From an uncultured virus (IMG/VR IMGVR_UViG_3300020469_000035) (lineage: Duplodnaviria > Heunggongvirae > Uroviricota > Caudoviricetes): a stretch of DNA of 64,000 bases. Both the position numbers and the translations under genes were made by a program. The notes below the pieces were generated by a model. That model was not told the origin of the DNA. It made no database searches and saw only the letters and a program-made list of their open reading frames with translations. Below, one piece after another: positions 51,243 to 60,702 of this stretch. Within the stretch, counting starts at the first letter, position 1. Each line of letters opens with the position of its first letter. The stretch is taken from positions 1 to 64,000 of IMG/VR virus record IMGVR_UViG_3300020469_000035; one strand, written 5' to 3'.

Positions 51243-51430
51243 TGAAAAATAAAAAAAGCGTTTATGTAGTAACAAGAAACAAGCGAAGAATCGAAGAAGA
51301 AAATTACAGCACCGAAGAAGAAGCACAAAAAAGAGCTGAGCAATTAGTAAAAGTTCTAAAGAAGTGGAAAGACCCAGACCAAAGAAAAGTTGAGGTTGTC
51401 CACACAGATAGTCCATCAAGGATAAGATAG
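51242..51430 (+). CDS. Hypothetical protein
   Basis: Coupled ORF. Confidence 0.6.
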   Translation: MKNKKSVYVVTRNKRRIEEENYSTEEEAQKRAEQLVKVLKKWKDPDQRKVEVVHTDSPSRIR

Positions 51431-51921
51431 TGTTAGACTCAACGCGACAGAAAAATCTCTCTCCTTTCGAAGAGATTGCGAAATCAAAGGGATATTCTCC
51501 AGAAAAAGCCCCGAGAAGAAAGTTTAGGAATGTATCTCACATTTTAAAGGGTAAAGGCAAAGAGGGTAAACCCTTAATGCTTAGATTCGATGTTAAAAAA
51601 GTCAAAAATAAAAAGAAAAATGACGATTGGCTTTGGATTGAATTCAAGAATGCAAAAGGGGGATCTGGATGGATTCACGGTGACGCACATTTTATAGCCT
51701 TCGAGAGGTTTGACGATTTTATCATAGTCAACAGAAAAGAATTAGTTTCTTGGCTTGGAGCAGCTAATAAAATTAGGTATGATCTTCCATTCGTTAGCCT
51801 CGCAAAGCTCGCAAAGTACAGGATATACAAAAGGGCTGAAAAAAAAGAAGAAACTTCTCAAGTTAACGTTCAAGACTTAAAAAAGCTAAAATCTTTTCAG
51901 CTCTGGAAAAAGAATGCCTGA
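51430..51921 (+). CDS. PD-(D/E)XK-like protein
   Basis: FDVK...WIEFKN..G..GW..G.A..IAFE. Confidence 0.5.
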   Translation: MLDSTRQKNLSPFEEIAKSKGYSPEKAPRRKFRNVSHILKGKGKEGKPLMLRFDVKKVKNKKKNDDWLWIEFKNAKGGSGWIHGDAHFIAFERFDDFIIVNRKELVSWLGAANKIRYDLPFVSLAKLAKYRIYKRAEKKEETSQVNVQDLKKLKSFQLWKKNA

Positions 51922-52351
51922 CCCACACTCTCTAGACAAGACATACTTAAAAATGGCCCTTGAGTGGGCGCAACTCTCCAAGGCTAAAAGAAAAAAAGTA
52001 GGATGCTTGATTGTAAAAGATGAAATGATTATATCTGATGGATATAATGGCACACCAAGAGGCTTCGATAATCAATGCGAGCATCAAGACCCAAAGCTTT
52101 GTTTTACCCATAAGGTAACCAAGCCAGAAGTTCTTCACGCAGAGAGTAATGCTATAACCAAACTCGCCAAGTCAACCCAGTCTAGCGACCTGGCAACGCT
52201 ATACACAACTGCGTCACCCTGCTTGGAGTGCGCGAAACTAATTATACAAGCTGGAATCAAAAGAGTAATATACGCAGAGTTGTACAAAAATTCTAATGGA
52301 ATAGACTTGCTAAAAAAAGCAGCGATTGATGTTGAAGAATGTTTAATTTAA
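51914..52351 (+). CDS. dCMP deaminase
   Basis: VGC.IV, GYNG, HAE.NA, SPC.EC zinc motifs. Confidence 0.92.
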   Translation: MPDPHSLDKTYLKMALEWAQLSKAKRKKVGCLIVKDEMIISDGYNGTPRGFDNQCEHQDPKLCFTHKVTKPEVLHAESNAITKLAKSTQSSDLATLYTTASPCLECAKLIIQAGIKRVIYAELYKNSNGIDLLKKAAIDVEECLI

Positions 52352-52905
52352 ATTATCATCACTATATGTTAGAAGGAGTCTTATTCATTGGCATTATTAT
52401 TCTTTTATTTTATATAAAAGACTTAAAGAATAAAGAAGCTTCTGAAGTCAGAAAGCTTAAAGAAAAAACTTGGAGGCTGGAACTTGCAGTCGAAGAAGAG
52501 CGCACGAACAAAGCCGATTCAGAAAATCATGCAAAAATTAGCAGAGAATTTCTTGAAGACGAGCGATTGCATTCCAAGCAGCTTGAGCAACAACTATCTG
52601 ATACCGAAGAAAAATTAAAACAAGAAACCGAACAACGTAAAAAAGTTTTATCACAAAAGAAAAGCGGTGAAGTTAGATTAGGTCATATCGCAGAGACTCT
52701 TGCTCCATTCTTAGATCAGTTTGATTTTGATCCAGAAAATTGTTGCTTCATGGGTAAGCCCATAGATTACGTTTCTTTTGGTGATGATGAGATTACATTT
52801 ATAGAAGTTAAAAGTGGCAACGCTCAATTAAGCAGTAAGCAAAGACACATAAGAGATTTAGTTAACCAAAAATTAGTATCATGGAAAGAAGTAAGAATCA
52901 AATAA
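52339..52905 (+). CDS. Membrane-anchored Holliday-junction-resolvase-like endonuclease (Endonuc_Holl type)
   Basis: N-terminal TM and coiled coil; G.I.E.LAPF, F.G.PIDY..F, FIEVKSG...LS..Q. Confidence 0.75.
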   Translation: MFNLNYHHYMLEGVLFIGIIILLFYIKDLKNKEASEVRKLKEKTWRLELAVEEERTNKADSENHAKISREFLEDERLHSKQLEQQLSDTEEKLKQETEQRKKVLSQKKSGEVRLGHIAETLAPFLDQFDFDPENCCFMGKPIDYVSFGDDEITFIEVKSGNAQLSSKQRHIRDLVNQKLVSWKEVRIK

Positions 52906-53321
52906 AACTCAAATTCAAAAAAATTTTTTCGACAGCAAAGCTCCCTAGCTACACAAAAAAAGGTGACGCGGGAATGGACTTGACTGCAATTTCATTAAAA
53001 AAAGAATCGGGTTATTGGGAGTACGGAACGGGACTCGCAATGCAAGTCCCCGAAGGATATGTGGGATTGCTGTTTCCTCGCTCTAGTATATCTAAGACAG
53101 ATCACTTCCTCAAGAACTCTGTAGGAGTTATTGATTCGGGCTATAGAGGAGAAATTAAAATTAGGATGAGCATTCCCCATCTTGGGGCGCCGTGCTATCA
53201 CACTGGAGACAGAATAGCTCAATTAGTAATAGTAAAGCTTCCTTGGGTTGAAATCGAAGAGGTAGATGATCTTGAGTCCTCTGATAGAGGCGAAGGAGGA
53301 TTTGGTAGTACTGGAAATTAA
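52881..53321 (+). CDS. dut: Trimeric dUTPase
   Basis: AGMDL, PRSS, GVIDSGYRGE, DRIAQL, RG.GGFGSTG. Confidence 0.95.
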   Translation: MERSKNQIKLKFKKIFSTAKLPSYTKKGDAGMDLTAISLKKESGYWEYGTGLAMQVPEGYVGLLFPRSSISKTDHFLKNSVGVIDSGYRGEIKIRMSIPHLGAPCYHTGDRIAQLVIVKLPWVEIEEVDDLESSDRGEGGFGSTGN

Positions 53322-53324
53322 TGC

Positions 53325-53353
53325 TTGACATTAAAGACTATATATAGTATAAT
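53325..53353 (+). promoter_or_regulatory. Sigma70-like promoter, probably leaderless
   Basis: TTGACA-17-TATAAT, ATG 6 nt downstream (53360). Confidence 0.8.
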
Positions 53354-53359
53354 AGTCTC

Positions 53360-53608
53360 ATGTTTAATATTACAAGAAAATCAAAAAGTAAAAATATGAA
53401 AAACGAAAATCAAAGATATTTTATCGTATACAAGAACGCCGACAGCGAAGTCAAGACATATGAAATCGGAAGACCAGATCTATCTGAATCTTTCGGAAAC
53501 AAGGGTGAAGTTAGAAACAATATTGGATTTAAAGCATTTTGTTTCGCGCGAAATGAAGTCAGGTCTTTTAGGCACGACAGAATTGTTTCGCTCACTAGGG
53601 CATCGTGA
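53360..53608 (+). CDS. Stand-alone WYL-like domain protein
   Basis: Y.NA......Y.I...AFC..RNE.RSFR.DRI. Confidence 0.65.
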   Translation: MFNITRKSKSKNMKNENQRYFIVYKNADSEVKTYEIGRPDLSESFGNKGEVRNNIGFKAFCFARNEVRSFRHDRIVSLTRAS

Positions 53609-53826
53609 ATCTAACAATAGTTAATTATGCCGCTAACAAGTTTTGCCCGTGGCTAATTGTAGGGTTTCTCCTCTTCTATAACTTCGGTTATATGAAGATG
53701 GAGCCATACATTATCCTAGGGTTAATGTTTTTCATGGAAAGATTTAATTATAAAATCGGATACTCAGTTGCCTACTGCGAGTGCAAAGGAATAGATTTAT
53801 CCAAAAACCCAGATGAGTCTCTCTGA
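53605..53826 (+). CDS. Small membrane protein
   Basis: Two hydrophobic segments. Confidence 0.6.
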   Translation: MNLTIVNYAANKFCPWLIVGFLLFYNFGYMKMEPYIILGLMFFMERFNYKIGYSVAYCECKGIDLSKNPDESL

Positions 53827-53998
53827 TTATCAGAGAGATCTTTTTCTAAAATGCTCCGAAGAAATCCTTGAGCTTTCTTTGGAGCTTTTATTTGCAGTAA
53901 ATAAACCAAGAAAGAAAAATAAAAAAAGAATACTTTCAGAAATCAAGGATGTAGAAAGACAAATTGAATTTATAAAAAAAGAACTAATAAATGAGTGA
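53813..53998 (+). CDS. Small MazG-like helical protein
   Basis: SEE..EL......K......EI.DV pattern. Confidence 0.4.
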   Translation: MSLSDYQRDLFLKCSEEILELSLELLFAVNKPRKKNKKRILSEIKDVERQIEFIKKELINE

Positions 53999-54107
53999 AT
54001 TAAAAGAATTATGGGATCTATCATGGGCAGACGGACTACTTCTAACATTCATGTTGATGGCCCTCTATACCTACAAAGTGTGGATAGACAATAAATTTAA
54101 AAAATAG
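53991..54107 (+). CDS. 38-aa membrane peptide (not in ORF track)
   Basis: MSELKELWDLSWADGLLLTFMLMALYTYKVWIDNKFKK; fills the gap. Confidence 0.55.
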   Translation: MSELKELWDLSWADGLLLTFMLMALYTYKVWIDNKFKK

Positions 54108-54328
54108 TGGCGCACGACGAATATAATAGCGGAATGCAATCGGGGTACTCTAGTTCCCTACGCATTCTTAGAGACTTCGACAGAGAAATAGAGTACCCGA
54201 AAGAAGAAGATCATAATCAAAAAAGCTGGTGTTATGCTTACGAACAATATAACACACAAAAAGATTTATTATATAAGATATATGAAGCCATAAAAAAAGA
54301 TATGGACGAATATACTTTTGATGAATAA
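54107..54328 (+). CDS. Hypothetical protein
   Basis: Coupled ORF. Confidence 0.6.
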   Translation: MAHDEYNSGMQSGYSSSLRILRDFDREIEYPKEEDHNQKSWCYAYEQYNTQKDLLYKIYEAIKKDMDEYTFDE

Positions 54329-54348
54329 AACAAAGTGTAACATTATGT

Positions 54349-54594
54349 GTGCGAACACTTTTATTGCTTCTGTTTTTTGTAAACGGCTGTGCACATAAGC
54401 CCAGCCCTCAAGTTTCTGATACTTTTTTTCGTGAAGATCAAAGAGATTGGCTTAAGATCTATGCGGAAGAATTAAAGTCTGCCTTGGCCAACGGAGACAA
54501 CGATGCATTTTATTTTTTTTGGCCAGAATATATCAAAGAATTAGACAAAAGCAAGCAATCGCCTATCATAATTCGTGTAATTGATAGTCAATGA
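54349..54594 (+). CDS. Putative lipoprotein
   Basis: MRTLLLLLFFVNGC lipobox-like; GTGTAA 8 nt upstream. Confidence 0.6.
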   Translation: MRTLLLLLFFVNGCAHKPSPQVSDTFFREDQRDWLKIYAEELKSALANGDNDAFYFFWPEYIKELDKSKQSPIIIRVIDSQ

Positions 54595-56336
54595 ATTTTA
54601 AAATATTTTTTATAAATTTAAAGGATAATCCTGAGCCATGGATAAAAGCTCAGAACGTTTTTTCCCTTCTTCCCGACGGCTTAGAATTAGAACGTATTGA
54701 TGCTATAGATACTAGAAAAAGTTTATCACCATTAAAAGACTTTGGCTTAAATTTAAATCCCGTAGGGATAACAAACAAGCTTTATTTTTCCGAAAATCCA
54801 GGCGCTTCAGGTTGTTACCTAAGCCATTTTTTCGCGTGGCAGCAAGTTATAGAGCAAAAACTTGATTTCGCATTAATTCTTGAAGAGGATGTGGTTTTAA
54901 GCGATGTTGTTCAATTTTTGCTTGAAAATCCAGACTTGCAAGAATCAATTGAATTCATGCATCTTGGAAAAAATAATTGGAAAGGGCTTGAGGCTTATGT
55001 TGTAAGTTACATGGGGGCAACCAAACTAATTGAATTAACACTTGACAATGCTCCGTTGCTCAAAATTGATCCCTCCAAGCAGTCACATTCTAATTCTTTA
55101 GTTTTTTCTGAAAAACCCAACTTTGAAAGAGTTATTCAACAAAACCCTGAATTTGATTGGATGCATAAAAACAATATATCTTCCCCAGTTAATACTTTTG
55201 CTATGTACTGCTGTTCAAGTCTTGTTAGTGATTGGTGCAGGCTCAACTATAAACTGAAGCCAATTATAGACTTACATCTAAAACCCCAAAAAGATCGCTT
55301 AATAAATTCTGAAAATTTTTATGAAAAAAAAGAAACAAAGATTCAAGAATTATTTAATTCTTGGAGGTTTGAATATTGGAGAAAAAATCCATCAATCACA
55401 GTTTGTATTTGCACTTACAATAATTATGAACTACTGGAGAAGGCTTTTATTTCTTGCACGAATCAATTAGGAGATTATGAATATAAGATTCTAATAGTAG
55501 ATAATACTCCTAAGAAATTACTGAATAATTGTGCAATAAAACAATTAGTAGCAAATTATAACAAAAATTTTTGGGAAGCTAATATTGCTGAAAATCAGTC
55601 GATTAATACTAGGTCTGGAGCAGAATACTATCACAAAACCACCAATGGTCTTTCTGGAGCTCGAAACGAGTGTTTGAATTTGTGCAGCACAGACTTAATC
55701 TACTTTATAGATGACGATGCAATACTGCAACCCAATTCTGTAACAAACATGGTTTCTAAATTTGTCTCTCCCGATATTGGGGTTGTAGGAGGAAAAGTTA
55801 CACCAGACTGGGGAGAATTAGATCGCCCTAGTTGGCTCAGTAATGAACAGCTCCACAATCTTTCCATGTGTGATTTTTCTGAAAAAGATTTATTTTTAAA
55901 TGAATGTGAATTTCCAATATGGTTGGTTGGCACAAACATATGCTTCAGAACAGAATATGCTCGAAAAGCTGGGGGTTTCAACAAATCCTTGGGGCGGAAA
56001 GGCGGAACTGACAGCTTATTGAGCGGTGAAGAAGATGATCTTGCTAAAAAAATCAGAAAAAATTATTTCTCAATGTACACCCCAAACTCTGAAGTATTTC
56101 ATTTTGTCCAAGAGTCCAGATTAAATCAAGGTTGGTTTATCAAAAGAAATGTGTGGCAGGCAGTTTCAAACATGATTGCAGGCGAAATGCAATTGAGCGA
56201 AAATAGCAATATGCATTGGTTTATAAAAGAAAATATGCATTTAATATTTGAAGAGTCAAAGTCTGAAGTTGATTTTGACTTAAAATGTAAAATTGTCGCA
56301 TACTTAACTTATCTACTTCTCAACGGAGATATATGA
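54591..56336 (+). CDS. GT25-GT2 fusion glycosyltransferase
   Basis: FINL..ERIDAID..GCYLSH..W..ALILEED (GT25); VCICTYN, IVDN, GLSGARN, FIDDDA, GEE (GT2). Confidence 0.85.
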   Translation: MNFKIFFINLKDNPEPWIKAQNVFSLLPDGLELERIDAIDTRKSLSPLKDFGLNLNPVGITNKLYFSENPGASGCYLSHFFAWQQVIEQKLDFALILEEDVVLSDVVQFLLENPDLQESIEFMHLGKNNWKGLEAYVVSYMGATKLIELTLDNAPLLKIDPSKQSHSNSLVFSEKPNFERVIQQNPEFDWMHKNNISSPVNTFAMYCCSSLVSDWCRLNYKLKPIIDLHLKPQKDRLINSENFYEKKETKIQELFNSWRFEYWRKNPSITVCICTYNNYELLEKAFISCTNQLGDYEYKILIVDNTPKKLLNNCAIKQLVANYNKNFWEANIAENQSINTRSGAEYYHKTTNGLSGARNECLNLCSTDLIYFIDDDAILQPNSVTNMVSKFVSPDIGVVGGKVTPDWGELDRPSWLSNEQLHNLSMCDFSEKDLFLNECEFPIWLVGTNICFRTEYARKAGGFNKSLGRKGGTDSLLSGEEDDLAKKIRKNYFSMYTPNSEVFHFVQESRLNQGWFIKRNVWQAVSNMIAGEMQLSENSNMHWFIKENMHLIFEESKSEVDFDLKCKIVAYLTYLLLNGDI

Positions 56337-56372
56337 TACAAAAGTATACATCCATATCGTTTAAGGCACATA

Positions 56373-57218
56373 ATGGCTTATAACTCAATATCTTTTGGTA
56401 CTAGTTGTATGGGCAGACTCAACCATTTGAGTCAAACTTATATGCAAAATATAGAAACCGCATTAAGCGTAGATCGTAATTCAAAATTCGTTTTGTTAAA
56501 TTATAATTCTCAAGATGGAATGCATGAGTGGGTGCAAGAGAATTTATCCAACCACATTCAAAAAGGGACGCTTAAGTATTTGCACACATCTACCCCACAA
56601 GAATTTTCACAGGCTCATACCAAAAACATAACAAGCAAGCATGCAGATGCGGATATTGTCTGCCTACTAGATGCGGATCATTTTTTAACCAAGCGCTACG
56701 TTCAGCGAAATTTACTTTTTTTTAACCAAGAGCCCGACTCACACAAAATATCTAGACCAAAGGCAGAAGGAGGAAAAGGAGGAAGAATGGCTTTTGAAAA
56801 AAAAGATTTCCTAGAAATCGGTGGATTTGATGAACGAATGAAGGGTTGGGGGCACGAAGATTCAGATTTTTATTACAGATTTACGCATTATTTTGATAAT
56901 ATATTGGAAATCGCACCCGATATAAAAGACGAATCAATTATACAACATGACGACGAGTCTAGAAACTCAAATTCAAAATTAATTGCAGTCCCACCAATTA
57001 ATTCTAAAAAAGATTTTGAAAATTTTAGCGCAGCTCTGGGATTTCACAAAAAGAAAGCGAAAGCATTGGGCATTGATTTTGAGGACTATTTCAAACTTCA
57101 TGGTTCACGGATTATAAACAGAGAGCTTACCAGAAAAATTAAAAATCAATTCCAAGAAACTAATGACATTTCATTAATGATATCAAACAAAAACCTAGAC
57201 TGGGGCGAGCTTTCGTGA
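56373..57218 (+). CDS. GT2/GT7-like glycosyltransferase
   Basis: CMGRL.HL, LDAD, GGFDERM.GWG.ED.D. Confidence 0.8.
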   Translation: MAYNSISFGTSCMGRLNHLSQTYMQNIETALSVDRNSKFVLLNYNSQDGMHEWVQENLSNHIQKGTLKYLHTSTPQEFSQAHTKNITSKHADADIVCLLDADHFLTKRYVQRNLLFFNQEPDSHKISRPKAEGGKGGRMAFEKKDFLEIGGFDERMKGWGHEDSDFYYRFTHYFDNILEIAPDIKDESIIQHDDESRNSNSKLIAVPPINSKKDFENFSAALGFHKKKAKALGIDFEDYFKLHGSRIINRELTRKIKNQFQETNDISLMISNKNLDWGELS

Positions 57219-58969
57219 AAGAAAATTTAATTTTCAGCTCAATTGGAGATGCCGCCCAACTGCCAAACTGGATTGGGTCAGATCAAAATTATGATATCTG
57301 GGCAACCTATTATGGTGACGATGAAAACAAATACAATCACTACAAGCAGTATACTCAATTCATAAAAAAGTCCAAGGGTTCTAAGTTTCAGAATTTTAAT
57401 CTCATATGGAAAGAGTTCCATTCAGAGTTAAATGAATATGAAAGATTTTTTATTTTAGACGATGATATAATTTTTGATTCTTATAAAGATATTAATAAAA
57501 TGTTTAATTTCGCAAGAGATCAATCAACTTGGATTTGTGGACCAACATTTAAGCCTTTCGGAAAAATTTCTCATGCTTTAACTCAAACAGATGAGAGTGC
57601 GTCTTTTAGATATGTCAATTTTGTGGAGATAAATACCTCTCTATTTTCTAACTTTGCTATAAACAAATTTATGAAACACTACGACGATTCTCTTATTGGC
57701 TGGGGTTTAGATTTTTATTACATTCAAATATTGGGTCACGCTGCCAAAAATAGATATGCTCTTTTTGATGAAGTTTCAGTGATAAATCCATTACCCCAAA
57801 AAACTTTAGATTTATGCAAACTGAATAATATAGACTATTTATCGAAATACTTTATGAGCGACGAAAAAAGAGCTGAACTTCAAGACTTCCTTGAAGAACC
57901 AACAGAGATAAGCGGGAGGGAGCTTATGAACATAGAGGGAGCTGAATATAGAAGCGTCACATGGAAAAATTTTTGCGAGAAGAATAGAATGCGCGCCCGT
58001 TTTCAATTAAAAAATTGGGAAATCATTAAAAAAAGAAAAAAAAATTTGATAACCAGAATGCTCGGTAATGACTTGAGCGGGCTTCATGGAGAAGAGCAAA
58101 CCTTGCGAAATCTAGAGTTCACTCTTAAGGAAGAACCAGACTTTGATAACACAGATAAGCTTTTCATTTTAAACAGAATTGTTTGCGATGATAAAAAACA
58201 AAAAATTATTAACATACTAGAAGCATATCAAGCAAACTACACAGAAATTCCGTTTTGCAGGGAAGCTTTTAAACAGCTTCCTAAGATTAGTTCAGAACTG
58301 ACATGGGAATACTTTCAGGAATTACATTGGAGAGATACTGATAAAGGTTTAAGGCTTTCCGAAAAACAAATTAAAGAACGATATGGTTTTATAATTCAAC
58401 AGTTGTTTCAACATAATTTATATTTAGTTAATAACAATTCTTGCAGAAATTTTGCGATACAATACGGCAAAGCAAATAATTATGATTGGACTTTTCCGCT
58501 TGATTCTAATAGTTTTTTAACTGAAAAATTATTTAATGAAATAGTAAATAACATCACCTCAAACTTAGATTATATTGCCATTCCGCAGAAGAGGCTTAAA
58601 GACGGAGATCTTCCAAATCAAATTGTACTTTGCAAGGGATTCGAAACATTGTTGGAATATTTACCAACTCAAGAGCCCCAGTTAGCATTTAAACATACTT
58701 CAAATATTACCTTTAATGAATCCATTCCATACGGATTGGCTCCGAAAGCAGAGCTTCTTACCGCTCTTAATATTCAAGGTAAATGGAATAATTGGCAAGA
58801 ATATACTAGGCTAGGAATAAAACCAAGAAATTTTCCAAAAGCACAAATAGAAACTCTTTCTGCTATACTTCGACTCAATCCTTACTGTGATGAGAATAAA
58901 ATTGAAGAAAACTGGATTTCTAGATGGAAAGGCATATATCTTTTATCTAAACAGTTGAGCGAGTTTTAG
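57215..58969 (+). CDS. Two-domain putative glycosyltransferase (DUF707-like plus second GT-A-like domain)
   Basis: YYGD, GSKF, LDDDI, NFVEI, GWGLD; second domain LGNDL...H..QTL.NL, NRI, NN..RN.A, PLDSN. Confidence 0.65.
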   Translation: MKENLIFSSIGDAAQLPNWIGSDQNYDIWATYYGDDENKYNHYKQYTQFIKKSKGSKFQNFNLIWKEFHSELNEYERFFILDDDIIFDSYKDINKMFNFARDQSTWICGPTFKPFGKISHALTQTDESASFRYVNFVEINTSLFSNFAINKFMKHYDDSLIGWGLDFYYIQILGHAAKNRYALFDEVSVINPLPQKTLDLCKLNNIDYLSKYFMSDEKRAELQDFLEEPTEISGRELMNIEGAEYRSVTWKNFCEKNRMRARFQLKNWEIIKKRKKNLITRMLGNDLSGLHGEEQTLRNLEFTLKEEPDFDNTDKLFILNRIVCDDKKQKIINILEAYQANYTEIPFCREAFKQLPKISSELTWEYFQELHWRDTDKGLRLSEKQIKERYGFIIQQLFQHNLYLVNNNSCRNFAIQYGKANNYDWTFPLDSNSFLTEKLFNEIVNNITSNLDYIAIPQKRLKDGDLPNQIVLCKGFETLLEYLPTQEPQLAFKHTSNITFNESIPYGLAPKAELLTALNIQGKWNNWQEYTRLGIKPRNFPKAQIETLSAILRLNPYCDENKIEENWISRWKGIYLLSKQLSEF

Positions 58970-59145
58970 CTATTTATTTTTTTATAAATTTTATTTTTTT
59001 CCGAATCAGACAGATGGTCATATTTAAGACCAGCCTCTAGCTTGCATGTCATTTTTCTCCTAATTACGAACATATCTTTCGATTTAGACATACATTCTCG
59101 ATACAAAAAATCGAGCACGACTTTGCGCATATCTTCTTTTGGCAT
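58966..59145 (-). CDS. 59-aa basic protein (not in ORF track)
   Basis: MPKEDMRKVVLDFLYRECMSKS...KINS; GTGTAA 8 nt upstream (59154-59159). Confidence 0.55.
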   Translation of the reverse strand: MPKEDMRKVVLDFLYRECMSKSKDMFVIRRKMTCKLEAGLKYDHLSDSEKNKIYKKINS

Positions 59146-59164
59146 GAAACTACTTACACTATTT

Positions 59165-59239
59165 TCAGAAAAATATAGCCAACATAGAAGCGATTCCTAA
59201 CAATAAAATTATTTGTTTTGTTGTAACGTGATGAATCAT
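59165..59239 (-). CDS. Possible 24-aa hydrophobic micropeptide
   Basis: MIHHVTTKQIILLLGIASMLAIFF; ATGTAA 10 nt upstream. Confidence 0.35.
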   Translation of the reverse strand: MIHHVTTKQIILLLGIASMLAIFF

Positions 59240-59320
59240 ATACATATAATTACATTTATCCGAAAAAAAATAGAATTTTATTCTTTACAAACCTCAATAT
59301 TTATGATACCATATATACTT

Positions 59321-59467
59321 ATGCAAAAATATGAACTAGATATATCTCAAGAAGAGCTTTCTCAGGTGTACATAAAGGCTTGGGTATTAATGTGGTGCGA
59401 AAAGTATCACCCCGAAGCCTTTGTTGAGGCAGAAAAATTCGTAAAACAACACTTAAATGAAATATAA
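59321..59467 (+). CDS. Small hypothetical protein
   Basis: MQKYELDI...; TTTACA-17-TACCAT upstream. Confidence 0.55.
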   Translation: MQKYELDISQEELSQVYIKAWVLMWCEKYHPEAFVEAEKFVKQHLNEI

Positions 59468-59888
59468 TATACTACTATCTATAATTCTACTAGCTGGCTG
59501 CAACTCAAGCAAGCTTCAAGAAGCTACCTTACCTGAAGCCCCTCCGCCTCCTCCCAAAGTGGATTTTATACCTCCCGCACCGAGTTTCGAGCCCGACCTA
59601 GACTTGTTCGCAATGAAATATAAAGAGATTCAGATCAACAGGCTTCCTCATCCATTCAATTTGAATGGCTCTATGCCTTATGCTATTTGGGTTGACGGAA
59701 AAAAACTTAAACTAAGCCCCAAGGAAACTCGGAATTTGGCAGAAACTCTCAATCTAAAATTTGAGCAGCCCGAAGATACCGCCGAAATTCATAGCGGAGA
59801 AGGCTGGCTGTTCCCTAAGCAAATAAGGAATCAAGAAGAAATCGTGGCGCCCTTCGAAAAAGAAGAAGAGATTTTTATAGACAACTAA
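59457..59888 (+). CDS. Putative lipoprotein
   Basis: MKYNILLSIILLAGC lipobox, Pro-rich linker. Confidence 0.7.
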   Translation: MKYNILLSIILLAGCNSSKLQEATLPEAPPPPPKVDFIPPAPSFEPDLDLFAMKYKEIQINRLPHPFNLNGSMPYAIWVDGKKLKLSPKETRNLAETLNLKFEQPEDTAEIHSGEGWLFPKQIRNQEEIVAPFEKEEEIFIDN

Positions 59889-60457
59889 TGAGCGAAGTGA
59901 CAACAATTGACGGGAATCTTTTAGATTTTCCCCCATATTGCAAAGACGATCCCGATAAATATACAGGCATTAATGCCATTGCACATTCATGTAATACCCG
60001 AAACATTATGGGAGGAGGAATTGCGAAGCAAATAAAGAATCGTTACCCTCAAGCATATGAGGCAGACACAAAGGCTTTTAATACTGAATACGATAAAGAT
60101 GGTCAGTATGTTCATTGGCTAGGCAAGTTTTCTAAAGCCGAAATAAACTCTAAATTTTTACCCAACGACAAAGGTTATATATATAATATGTACACCCAAG
60201 CAAGTATTGGAGATGGCTCAAGACAAGTTCATTATGAAAAGTTTTGGCAAGCACTAAAAAGAGTTGAGCAAGACCTTTACGAAATGAATGTGGCAAAGCA
60301 TGAATACGATGGTTCCGCTCCACCTGTTCTTGGCTTGCCTTATGGCATCTCTTGTGGTCTTGCGGGAGGTAATTGGGGTATAATAAAAGCTATGATTGAA
60401 GATATTTTTTCTGATTCACCAATACAATGTTATATAGTTAAGTTTGAATTTTCCTAA
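59888..60457 (+). CDS. Macrodomain protein (TARG1/DarG-like)
   Basis: GNLL, IAH.CN....MG.GIA..I...YP, IYN.YTQ, P..I.CGLAGG.W. Confidence 0.85.
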   Translation: MSEVTTIDGNLLDFPPYCKDDPDKYTGINAIAHSCNTRNIMGGGIAKQIKNRYPQAYEADTKAFNTEYDKDGQYVHWLGKFSKAEINSKFLPNDKGYIYNMYTQASIGDGSRQVHYEKFWQALKRVEQDLYEMNVAKHEYDGSAPPVLGLPYGISCGLAGGNWGIIKAMIEDIFSDSPIQCYIVKFEFS

Positions 60458-60459
60458 TT

Positions 60460-60535
60460 GCCACCTTAGCTCAGATGGTAGAGCACCTCACTTGTAATGA
60501 GGATGTCGTCAGTTCGATCCTGACAGGTGGCTCCA
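60460..60535 (+). tRNA. tRNA-Thr(UGU)
   Basis: Cloverleaf GCCACCT/AGGTGGC, anticodon arm CCTCA-CTTGTAA-TGAGG, TTCGA T-loop, encoded CCA; 76 nt. Confidence 0.97.
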
Positions 60536-60702
60536 TTTTTTAATTATAAATAAAAATGTATATAGTTCATTCCTACTGTGATTGCGGATAAAATTACACC
60601 CACCATCAACTTACAAATTCTGAAACATTGACTATCGTTTAGCATGATTAGTATAACGAATCAAACAACAAAAAAGATCACATAAATTGTGTATCATATA
60701 GT

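Noticed and set aside
60536..60700. Possible ncRNA or further guide unit after tRNA-Thr
   Set aside because: No convincing stem or TTYA-N5-TCA loop pair; only tiny ORFs.
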